64,000 nucleotides of DNA from Cyanophora paradoxa CCMP329 (lineage: Eukaryota > Plantae > Glaucophyta), in NCBI GenBank assembly GCA_004431415.1, contig QPMI01000189.1, forward strand, positions 105,493 to 169,492. The letters run 5' to 3'. The number at the start of each line of letters is the position of its first letter. The stretch's first letter is position 1. The notes below the pieces were generated by a model. The model did no database searches. It had not been told where the DNA came from and saw only the letters and a list, made by a program, of their open reading frames with translations. Of this stretch, positions 53,801-64,000 are shown piece after piece. Both the position numbers and the translations under genes were made by a program.

Positions 53801-54105
53801 ACTCCCCAAACTCTGCCGGGCGCAAGGTCGGCGGGCGCGCGAGCGTGCTGGGCGAAGCGGGCCGCACCGCGGGCGCTGCGGTCCGGCAGGTTGATGAGCT
53901 GCAGCTGGAGCGGCCGCCGCGTGACGATGCCCGAACCGCGCGGGAGAAAGGACTTCCCAACGACGCACTCGAGCACCGTCGACTTGCCCGCGCTCTGGCC
54001 GCCGACGACGCAGATGCGCGGCAACTTCGGTTGCTCATCCTCGGGCAGGTCGAGAAGCGAGAACGCTTCCTGCAGCTTATTTAGCGTGCGTATCAGCTGC
54101 TCCAT
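50808..54105 (-). CDS. Dynamin-family GTPase with PH domain and GED
   Basis: [25 protein letters not shown] and FTKCD. Middle domain [11 protein letters not shown]-like [36 protein letters not shown]. 3' end approximate. Confidence 0.9.
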
Positions 54106-54821
54106 GGCAGAGACGCGCTGCGCTGGGCCTCCGCGAGGGCGCTAGGGCTGTACAAACGCGCGGCTTGCGGGGGGATAAAGCGCGCTCCAGAAAAGAGAGG
54201 AGCGCAAAAGTGCGGCGCAAAAGAGAGCGCAGAGGCGCGCACCTCCAAACGACGGAATTCAAGTGTCGCCGTACCCGGGAATCGGAGAGGGGGGGGAGAA
54301 GGGGGGGGGGAAGGGACCAGCCCGGTCGCGCTTCGAAACAGCCCAACGAACAGCGCATCCGGAAGTCGAGCCAAAGTCACAAAGTGCGCCGAGCTCGCGC
54401 TGACGACCCGGCATTGCGCCGAGCATGAGCACCGCGCCGACTCGCTTCGAATTCAAGGCACTCACTGAGTCACGGCCCGCTTTGCAGGAACCTTCGCGCC
54501 TCCCTTCGTGCCGATCGATATCGCGGTTCGATGCCGCCCCCACGAGCTCGCTTTAAGGTTTTGAAGCTTATCCAGAGCGCGCTTTCCCTCCCCGCGGACG
54601 TCTATAGCTTGTCTTTAATCGAATTCAGAACGCATTCTCAATGAATCACAGGTGGAGCCGTGGAGCCTGAAAAATTTGGGGCGGACTGGGGCGGGCTGCA
54701 GCTGGGTGAGGCTATAGCTGGCGGGGGCGCCGGCCGGGCCCCGGGGCAAGAGACGGGGTAAGCGTTCCAGAGAGGAGCTGGATTTGACATGCTGAGAAAT
54801 GGAGGCGGAGGGGGGGGAGGG

Positions 54822-57800
54822 TCATCGGCCAGGGGAGGCGCGCTCGGGGGAGGCGACGGGGGAGGGCGTGTGGGCGCAGATAAATGGGGCAGGAGAGGAG
54901 GCCCGGGGCGGCGTGCTCCCGCTGGGAGGGCGCGGCGGAGGCGAGGGCGTGCGGGCCGGCGGCGGCGGGGAGCTCGGCGCGAACATGTCTCCTTCGGGCT
55001 CCCGAGGCTCCCGGGCCCGCCCCCGGCCGCCCTGCTGCGCAGCGTCAGCAGACCGCAAACGAGGCGGGGCGGGGCGGGCCGCACGGGGGGCGTGGCGGGC
55101 GGGCGAGGAGGGACGGAGGGGCCGGGGAGCGGGTGGTGGGCCGGGGCGCGGCGTGCCTCTGCGAGGCGGCGGTGGGTGAAGATCGCCTCGGCGAGGCTGG
55201 TTTGCACGCGCGTCGCGGCCTCCTGCGGGCCAGCGTGAGGCCCCAGGTCCCCGGGGCCCGGAGGCGCTAAGGCGCGCGGACCGCGATCTTGTGGCTGAGG
55301 AGCTCCTTGAACGAGTCCGGCTGAGTCAATATTAATGAACGCAAGAAACAGACTGAGCCGCTGCACACGACAAGATGCGCACCAGAGGGATGGTGCGCGC
55401 ACACCCGAGTGCCTCGAAGAGGGCCCCCAGGAGGGCCCCCGCCTCGGGGGCTTCCGGCTGCTCCGCCGCCCGCTCCCGCAGGCCGCGCTCGACGGCGCGG
55501 AAGAAGTGCGGGTCGTGGCCCTCCTCGCTGAGCCTCCTCCGCAGCTCCGCCTCCACGATGCGCGGCCACTCGGTCGTCATCAGCACCCCCCGCACCAGCG
55601 CCTCCACCCTGCCCCCGCGGTCAGCCCGGCCGGCGGGGGTGCGGGAGGGACGGGGCGGGGGCGGCACTCGGCGGGGTACTCGTGGACGAAGGCGACGCGG
55701 GCGGCCTCCTCGAAGGCCGCCGCCTTCTCCGCCAGCTCCGCCACCTCGGGGCCGCCCTCCCTGGCCGCCCCCGCCGCCTCGTCCAGCTGCCCCCGCTCCC
55801 CCGCCGCGCCGCGGTCGAAGAGGCCGGCGAAGTAGGCGGCGAGCTCGGCGCGGGCCTCGCGGGCGCCGGCCTCGGCGTGGGCCGCCGCCAGGGCCCCACG
55901 TCCTCCTGCCCACCAGCTCCCGCCACGCCGCCAGCGCCTCCAGCTGCCCCGTCGCCGCCCGCGCCGCCGCCGCCTCCGCCGCCCCCCGCTCCTCCACCTT
56001 CGCCTTCTTCGCCGGCGGCGAGAGGGGCGGCAGCGGGGGCGGGCGGCCGCCTGGCGCCCGGCTGGTCGACGGGGCGCCGCTCCGGGGGGTCCCCAAGAAG
56101 GAGGGGGGCGCCGAGGAGGACGAGGCCGCCACGAAGGCCGGGGGGAAGGGCGGCGCCCCGGGCGGGGGGCCCCGCGCGGAGAGGGGCGCGACCCGGGCGG
56201 CCCCCGAGGAGGAGGACGAGGAGGCGGCGGGGGCGGAAGAGGAGGAGGAGGAGGAGGAGGCTTCGGGGCGGTGGGTGGCGGGGCTGGTGGCGAAGGGGCC
56301 CGGGAGGGGCCCGTTGAGGTTGCGCTTGAGGGGGATGTGCGGAAGGCTCTGCGCCCCGAAGGCCGGCGGCAGCTGCGGTCCGATGGGCTCCTCGCGGGGC
56401 CGCTTGAGGGGGCCCGAGGAGGAGGAGGCGGCGGCGGGGCTGGGGCCGGGGAAGGCGCCCGGGGCGGCGGCGTGGGGCAGGCGCTGGAAGAAGAGGAGGT
56501 AGGCGGGGGCGCTGCGGACGTCGTTGGGCTGGGCCCCCATCCGCGCCGAGTCGTCGAGGAGGACCCAGCGCTGCTGCCCGTCCCGCCCGCGCAGCGGCCG
56601 CACGTAGGAGTAGTAGTGGCCCGAGTTGGTGCTCGAGCCGATGTGCACGTTGAGGGCGTAGAGGCGGTAGAGGAAGGCCTGGCGGCTGGCGGCGCGGGCC
56701 TCGGGGGTGAGGAAGGGGGCGAGGTCGAGGAGCTCGGGGAAGGCGATGCGGCGGGAGATCTTGCCCCCCGCCATGAAGGCGAACTCGAAGCGCTTGAGGT
56801 GGACGCAGAGGACGCGGGGCGCCTCGGCGAGGAGGAACTGCTTGCGGGCCTGGACGTAGTTCTTGCAGCGCTCGCACTTGTACTTGTTGGAGCGGTCGAG
56901 GGTCTCGGGGCGGGTGAAGTAGCGCAGCGCCGCCTCGAGGTCCTGCACCTCCCGCGGCAGCTCCAGGCTCAGGTCCAGGAACGAGTCCAGCGCTGCGCCC
57001 CGGCCCCTCAGCAGCAGCCACCGCGGCGGCCGGCGCCGGGGCGCGCTGTTCGAGTCGTGCCCGCAGTCCAGGCAGTGGACCTGCGAGCGGAGGCGGCCGC
57101 CGAACATCTGCCCCACCGCCGTCGTCTCGGCGACGCGCCCCTTGATCTCCTTCGGGTTGCCGTACTGCGAGAGCACGCCCTTCTCGATCGCCTCCAGCAG
57201 GCAGCGCATGAGCTCGTGCGAGTCCTCCTGCCGCCCCACCACGAACGACTTGTTGATCTCTGCCACCCCGCCCCCGCACGCCCCGTCACCCCCGCCCACC
57301 CGCATCGCATAGGAAACAGCGCACGTTTGAGGTTGCGGATCAGGAAGTCTCGCGGCGAGGCGTTTTTGCACCGCAGCACCGTCGTCACCTGGGCCGGCCG
57401 AGTTCGGCGGGGAGCCGGCGTTGGCGTGCCGGCGCGGAAACGGACCAGCTGCTCAAAATGGCACGCCACGCAGGGCTGCTGCGACCGCCGAAAGCCGCCT
57501 GCGCCCACAGTGAGGGCCGGGAGGCGGGGCGGGCCGGAGCGGCGGGGCACACAGGTCTTGGAGTGCATGCCGCCGAGGAAGTAATTCGCGAGCGGCAGCG
57601 TGTGTATCAGGCACTGCACTATGGAGTTGAAATAGCACGTGTTCCCTGCCGCGGCGGCGGTCGCGTTCGAGTCGCGGGGTGGTCGCGCGGTCCAGCGGTC
57701 AGCGGCGCACCCAGGTTGTCGAGGCCTGCGCCGACATCATTCACATCGGTCGGCAGCGAATCCTCGTCCATAAGCGCATCGACTTCAGCAGGCCTGCACA

Positions 57801-58059
57801 GGTAGTCCTCCAGCGAAAGCGGCTGCGCGTGGAGGTCATTTGAAGGTTCGACAACAATCCGGTGATCGCGAGCTATTACGCATGGCCATTCAACGCATGC
57901 GTGGCCTTGGAGAGCTACGTTCAACGGCTGCTGGCGCACCTCTGGCGGCGGCTCGGGTTCCTTCGCGGGCTCCTTCGGCGGCGGCGCCGCGGCCGACCGC
58001 AACGCTGCTAACACCCTCCCGCCGCTGCGCGTGACGTTTGGCTGGACGCGCGGCAGCAT
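54822..58059 (-). CDS. Ubiquitin-specific protease (USP36/42-like, peptidase C19)
   Basis: Cys box GAGLDNL|GNTCYFNSIVQCL, QEDSHELMRCLL, FLDLSLEL, HLKRFE and His box HIGSSTNSGHYYSYVR. Both ends approximate. Confidence 0.88.
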
Positions 58060-58222
58060 CTCGCCCCGCTCCCTTGCTCCGGCCGGCGCCGGCGCGCGGC
58101 CAAGCGCCGCGCAGCTTTGCTTCACGCGTTCATCGCTTTCCGCTCCGCTTTGCGGCCAGGCGCTTTCAACTGTGACGTACCCCGGCCTCCCCCCACCCCC
58201 CCGAGCAGAAAGTCTTAGAACT

Positions 58223-58925
58223 ATGTCGTTGTTCGTGTCCGGCCTTCCGGCCGTTGCTCCGGTCGCGGCTACGCCGATCGCTGCTCCCTGCACCTGCGCG
58301 GCGGCACCCGCTCGTTCTTCGCGGTCCGCGGTCGTATCTGATCGGATCGATCTACCTGTCTCTCTGATCACGGGCTCCTTCGCGCAGGTCCGCTGCCAGC
58401 CTTCGCTCTTCGTTCGTCGGCGAGCGCCCCGCCGTCGAGTTCTCGGCTAGCCCAAGCTGGGCACCCGTTTTCCGGGTCGTCGCGGCGGACGAGGACGAGA
58501 AGCCTAAGCGGAAGCGCGGACGCCCGAAGAAGAGCGACGCCACCGCTAGCCCGAGCCCCGCGCCCTCGTCATCGCCAAAGGCTGTGGAAGATGACAAGAC
58601 CGACAAGCGGAACCTGCAGAAGGAAGTCTCGAAGCTGGATCTCTTCGCCGCGATAGCGAAGGAGCCCACTGAGGTCCGCGAGAGACTCCGCGGGCCCCTG
58701 CACGCGTCCGCTGACTGTGATCCCCGCGTGCAGTACACCGACTACATCATCTGCCCCAAGTGCGCTGGCCAGGGCTGCGTGCCCTGCCCGCAGTGTGAGG
58801 GTACCGGCGTCAACTCCGAGGACAAGTTCCAGGGCCGCTTCAAGAAGGGCGAGCAGTGCTGGCTCTGCATCGGCAAGAAGGTCGTCGGCTGTTCCGACTG
58901 CACGGCCGGGCTTGGCGACTCGTAG
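58223..58925 (+). CDS. Plastid-targeted DnaJ-type zinc-finger protein (3 exons)
   Basis: Ser/Ala-rich N-terminus MSLFVSG…SSFVG…FRVVA, introns at 58324-58387 and 58674-58733, and CPKCAGQG/CPQCEGTG/CWLC/CSDC motifs. Confidence 0.75.
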
Positions 58926-59192
58926 TTTCTTTCTAGATCTTATGCGTGTGTACTCTTTTTTTAATCGTTGACATCTCCGTCCTGGACCGCGGCCGGGCCG
59001 TATGGCCGTGCTCGCGCGTACATTCATTTCCTTTTAAGGGGGACAATAACGGTGTGAGCAAACGTTCTTTCTGAAGCTGGACGCTCTAATTGAAGAGTCC
59101 GTTGTAATCTCCTTTTGCTGGGAAGGTGGGCGGCAGTCGAGCCGGCCTCGCTGCCGGCGGCTGCGGGGGCCCGGGGGTAGCGGCTAAAGCTA

Positions 59193-59255
59193 GGGAGGCG
59201 GCGCACGTCGTAGCTAACGAGCTCCGCGGGGTCCGCCACGGGGATGGACGCCTGC
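59193..59255 (-). repeat. 63-bp dispersed copy of a WrbA exon (source 15590-15652)
   Basis: 61 of 63 positions identical, including both splice junctions. Confidence 0.9.
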
Positions 59256-59329
59256 ACCGACTGAGCAAAGTTCTTTGTTCGGCCAAAGCTATATTGCAGC
59301 AGCGCTTGGCGCCGCGGGCGCCGCGCGAT

Positions 59330-62300
59330 ATGGCGGAGGACCAAGCTGCAGCGGCGCCGGACGACCCCGCGACTGCCGTCGCTGCAGCTGCGCCACTTCC
59401 GTACTTCGACATTGCGTACAGGGAGCTTGATGCGGAGGATGGCCTGCTCGTCATGGGAAAAGGCCTGGGCATCGAGCGCATCCTCCTCGCCTTCGTCCGG
59501 ACGCACTGCTCGCCGACGGTGATTCCTCCAGCGCGCCGCCGCGCTGCGTACAAGACCGCTCGATCGACCGCTGACGAGCGGAGCGCGGCAGAGCCTCGCC
59601 TTTCTCGTGCATGTCCCGCCGCGGCTCGAGGCGTGGATGCGCAACGAGCTCCAGGCCGACGGAGTGCCCGCGCACCTCCTGCCGCGAGTTGTGAACAACG
59701 ACTTCGACGCCAACGAGCGGTGCGGCGCGTGCGCCTCCGCTGCGGCGGAGCGCTCAAGTTCCCGCGCGCGCAGGCTGGAGCTGTACCGCGCTGGCGGCTG
59801 CCTGCTGGTCACGTCGCGCATCTTCATCGTGGACCTCCTCTCGAAGCGGATCCCGGCGGAGCGGATCACGGGGATGCTCGTCAACGACGCGCACCGCGTG
59901 ACGGAGAGCTCGGGCGAGGCCTTCATCCTGCGCCTCTACCGCCAGAGCAACCGCACGGGCTTCATCAAGGCCTTCTCCGACTGCCCCGACGTCCGCACCC
60001 GCCCGCCCCGGCTCCGCGGCGCGCGGCGGTGGAGGCAAGGGGGCGCGGGGCGGGGGCGCAGAGCCTCTGCGGGGGCTTCAGCGGGGTGGAGCGTGTGATG
60101 AAGGCGCTGTACGTGCGGCGGCTGTACCTGTGGCCGCGCTACCAGCTGCGGGTGATGGAGGCGCTGGAGGCGCGGCAGCCCGAGGTCGTCGAGCTGCTCC
60201 AGCCCATGACCCCCGCCATGCACGCCATCCAGCTCGCCCTCGTCGAGGCCCGCCCCCCGCCCGCCCCGCCCCCGCCCCGGCCCCGACCCCGCCCACCCCG
60301 CGCGCCCCGGCAGGTCATGGAGGGGTGCCTCGCCGAGCTGCGCCGCACGGTGCACGTGGACGTGGAGAAGCTGACGCTGCAGAACGCCCTCTTCCGCTCC
60401 TTCGACCTGGCCGTGCGGCAGCAGCTGGACCCCGTGTGGCACACGACGAGCGCGAAGACCAAGCAGCTCGTGGCCGACCTGCGCACGCTGCGGCGGCTCC
60501 TCGCGTACGTCGCGCGCTACGACGCCGTCACCTTCCACGCCTACCTCGAGACCCTCCGCCAGACCGAGGGCATCCGCGCCGCCTGGCTCTTCCTCGACTC
60601 GGGTGCCCCGCCCCGCCCCCCGCTGCACCATCCGCCCCCGCCGCCGCTGACGCCGGCGCAGCGCAGAAGATCTTCCGCACGGCGCAGCAGCGCGTTTTCC
60701 TCCTCCGCCGCGTCGGCCCGGGCGCCGTCGGGAGCGGCCGCGGGCGGGGCCGCGGCCGCGGCAAGGCGGCGGCGGCGGCGGCGGCGGCGGCGGGCCCGAG
60801 CGGGGTGGCGCCGGAGCAGACGGAGCTGGCGACGGTGCTGGAGGAGAACCCGAAGTGGGCGCTCCTGGGGCAGGTGCTGGCGGAGATCGCGCGGGACCGG
60901 GCCGCCCCGGGGGCGCCCCCCGAGGTGCGGGCGGACGCCCCGGCCGCCAGCCCCGTCCTCGTCCTCGCCAAGGACGAGCGCACCTGCACGCAGCTCGCCG
61001 AGTACCTCACCGCCGGCGTCCGCCCCCGCCCGCCACACCCCGCCCCCCGCCTCGCCCCACCTCCCGCTCTTGACGGCTCCTCCGGGGCGCGCGGCAGGGC
61101 GCGGCGATGATGACGCGCATCTTCCAGCGGTGGGCTATCCGCAAGCGCAGTGAGGGGGCGCCCCAGGGGCCCCAGCAGCAGCAGCAGCACGGCGGTGGTG
61201 GCGGCGGCGCCTGGGGCCGGGGCCAGGGCCGCGGAGGCCCGGGCGGGGCGGGCGGGGCGGGCCCGAGCGGGCCGCGGCAGCGGACGCGGGAGGAGGAGCT
61301 GCTGATCGCGCACGCGGAGAAGTTGCGGCGCGCGGCGTGGGCCCGCGAGCGCGAGCGGGGCGAGGCCGAGGGGCAGCCGCGCGGCGGCGGCTTCGGCTGG
61401 AGCCGGCGCCCGCCCCACCCCCCGCCCCGCAAGAAGCCACGCTCCCTCGCCGAGGCCCCCCGGAGCCCCCGAGGAGCCGGCCCCGCGCCTGCCGCCCCCG
61501 CCCCGCCCCTGGGCCCAGCCGGTCGCCGACGGCGGAGGACGGGGCGGAGGCGGGGGCGGGCGGGGAGGGCGGGGCGGGGCGGGGCGGGGGAAGCGGCGGC
61601 GGTCGGGGGCGGGGGCGGGGCGGGAGCCGCGGTGGGAGGAGCTCGAGGGCTTCGAGGGCCGCGCCTTCGCCGAGGCGCCGGCCCCCGACCCCGACCCCGA
61701 CCCCGACCCCCTCGTGCGCCCCCTCCTCCCCCGCTCTCCCGTGCCTTCTCGAACCGCCCGAGCAGGCCGGCGATGGCGAGGAGGAGGAAGGCGAGGGGGA
61801 GGCGCGCCGGCCTGGAGACCCCGGGGGCGGCCCGGCGGCGGGGGCGGCCTGCGGGGAGGACCCGTACGGGGACTACGCGGCGCTGCCGGGGCGGGGGATG
61901 GTGGTGCTGCAGGGGCTGGAGGGGGCGGCGGAGGCGCTGGAGGAGCTGGCGCCCCACTACGTCGTCGTCTACGACCCCGACCTCGCCCTCACCCGCCGCC
62001 TCGAGGCCAGGCCCCTCCGCCCCTCCCCCTCCGCCGCCCCCGCCGCCGCCGGCCTCACCCTCGCGTCCCCCAGGTGTTCAAGGCGAGCCGGCCCGGGCGG
62101 CCGCTGCGCGTCTACTTCCTCCTCTACGAGACGAGCGTCGAGCGGCAGAAGTACCTCTCCGCCGTCCGCCGCGAGAAGGCGCGGGGCCCGCCCCCTCGCC
62201 GGCCCCCGCCCCCCTCACGGCCCCCCCAGGACGCCTTCGAGGCCCTCATCCGCACGAAAGCGCACATGAGCGTCCCCGCCGAGCAGGACGGCCGCTCCGG

Positions 62301-63251
62301 CGCCGCCGACCCCGCCGCCCTCGCCGCCGCCAACCTCCTCGTCCGCCCCCGCCCCGCCGCCGGCCCCCGCGCCCCCTCTTCGCCCACGCCCCCCGCAGGA
62401 GGCGCCGGCGGGCCCGGCCTCGACGATCGAGGCGGCGAACGCGGTGACGCGGGTGGCCGGGGGCGCCCCGCGCCCGCCCCCGGCCTCGCGCCCCGCGGTG
62501 GTGGTGGACCTGCGGGAGTTCCGCTCCTCGCTGCCCGGCATCCTCCACGCGCGCGGCTTCGACGTGCACCCGGCGACCCTCATCGCGCGCCCTCCCCCTC
62601 TTCCCTCCCCGCCCCCCCCCCTCTCAACGCGCCCGCCCCGCAGGTCGGCGACTACGTGCTGGCGCCGGACGTCGTCGTCGAGCGCAAGTCCCCCTCGGAC
62701 CTCTTCCAGTCGCTGGGGAGCGGGCGCCTCTACGCCCAGTGCGAGGCCATGCAGCGGCACTACAAGACCTTCCTCCTGCTCATCGAGTTCGAGGCGGGGC
62801 GGGCGTTCGGGCTGCAGTCGGCGCGGGAGATCGGGCCGGAGATCCTCCCCTCGGCGGTGACGTCCCGCGTCGCCCTCCTCGCCCTCCACTTCCCCGCCCT
62901 CCGCTTTCTCTGGAGCGCCTCCCCGCACGCCACCGCCGCCCTCTTCCAGGAGCTCAAGGCCGCCCGTCCCGAGCCCGACCCCGACGCCGCCGCCGCCGTC
63001 GGCGCCGCCGACTCCGCCGCCGCCGCCGCCGCCGCCGGCGAGGACGGCTCCGGCGAGGCGCGCGCGGGCTCGAGGTCATGCGACGCCTGCCCGGCGTGAA
63101 CGAGCGGAACCTGTCGGCGCTGGCGGAGCGCTGCGGGAGCCTGCAGGGGCTCTCCCGCATGTCCGAGCGCGAGATCGCCGAGGTCGTCGGGGGCAAGACG
63201 GCGCAGACCATCCACGAGTTCATCCACGCCCCCGCCCCCGTCGCCCTCTGA
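59330..63251 (+). CDS. ERCC4: DNA repair endonuclease XPF (RAD1/UVH1)
   Basis: LLVMGKGLG, VTSRIFIVDLL, EAFILRLYR, LYLWPRY, VLEENPKW, VVVDLREFRS, GDYVL, ERKSPSDL and a C-terminal HhH (LPGVNERN). Confidence 0.95.
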
Positions 63252-63348
63252 TCCCCTTTCCAGCCGAGAGCGGGGTGCACGTATCTTTGCGAACAGCGAG
63301 CGGAGCAGGCGGGGGGGCGGGGGGGCGGGGTGAGGGGCGGGCGGGCGG

Positions 63349-64000
63349 CTAGGAGGCGGCGGGGCGGGCCTCGAAGAGGGCGCGCATGGCGCGGACGCTC
63401 GCGGGCCCGGCGCGGCGCTCGGGGGACGGGGTCGGGGGCACGTCGGGGTGGCGGGCCCCGAGGGAGCGCGCGGGCGGGGAGGCGGGTGAGGAGGCTCGGG
63501 GTGGAGGGGGCGTCGCTGCGCCAGGTGAGGCCGGGGGCGGAGGCGACCTCGGGGGAGGCGGCGGGAGGAGCCCCGAGAGGCGCGCCTCGCCCGGCGGCGT
63601 CGCCTCCGGCGAGTACGGCGGCCCCGAGCTCAGCGCCGGGCTCTCCGGCCCCTCCACCGGCCCCGCCGGCCCCCGCCCCGGCCCCGCGGGGCCCGCACGG
63701 GAGACGGCGACGCGGAGGGGCCCGCCGAGGGCGCCTCGGGGGCGTCGAGGGGACGCCGGAGGCATGGGGGGCACTGCCACGAACACGGGGCCCCCGCGTG
63801 CGGCCCCGATCGGGGGCGGCGTGGGGGGCGGGGAGGGAGGGCCCGGCCCGGGACGCGGGAGTGGGGAAGAGCGAGTCGGGCCCGGGCGGCGGGAGGGGGT
63901 ACGGCGAAGAAGACGGGGGAGGGGCGAAGCCGCGGGACGGGGCGGCGGGGGCGGGGCGCGTGGGGCGGGGGCCGGCTCGGGGCGGGGGCGAGGGCGGGGG
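63349..64000 (-). CDS. 3' end of a proline-rich protein gene (truncated by window)
   Basis: Pro/Ser-rich ORF ending SVRAMRALFEARPAAS*, convergent with XPF. Confidence 0.35.
   Translation of the reverse strand, partial: PRPRPRPEPAPAPRAPPPPPRPAASPLPRLLRRTPSRRPGPTRSSPLPRPGPGPPSPPPTPPPIGAARGGPVFVAVPPMPPASPRRPRGALGGPLRVAVSRAGPAGPGRGPAGPVEGPESPALSSGPPYSPEATPPGEARLSGLLPPPPPRSPPPPASPGAATPPPPRASSPASPPARSLGARHPDVPPTPSPERRAGPASVRAMRALFEARPAAS

Noticed and set aside
1-64000. tRNA, rRNA or other structured RNA genes
   Set aside because: None recognised by eye. A tRNAscan-SE/Infernal run would be needed to exclude them.

Overview
Gene-dense, very GC-rich eukaryotic (protist/algal) DNA with many short (~50-65 nt) spliceosomal introns, interrupted by a complete-looking, AT-richer endogenous DNA virus of the Polinton/Polinton-like-virus type. 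The element spans 17606-44747 (~27.1 kb). It has ~1.44-kb terminal inverted repeats, a 6-bp target-site duplication (TACGGG) and a 71-nt hairpin at each tip. It encodes a protein-primed PolB, an rve integrase, an A32-like packaging ATPase, a Prim-Pol/SF3 primase-helicase, a probable major capsid protein, two head-to-head penton-like genes, a nuclease, and a left-arm block of phage-tail-fibre-like proteins. One of these fibres has a C1q-like head and a small phage-type partner gene, and another has a C-terminal membrane anchor. No maturation protease was recognised, and the PolB proofreading domain looks degenerate. The element sits inside a 55-nt intron of a host F-box/LRR gene. Host genes include a GRIP golgin with 16 x 114-bp repeats, an ABC1 kinase, WrbA, PSMB4, MVD, a GT77-like transferase, a PH-domain dynamin, a USP deubiquitinase, a plastid-type DnaJ zinc-finger protein and XPF/ERCC4. 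Many host introns appear to use GC donors. A Phe-containing plastid transit peptide hints at a glaucophyte or red-lineage host (inference). All calls were made by eye from motifs with no database searches, and host gene boundaries are approximate because of splicing.
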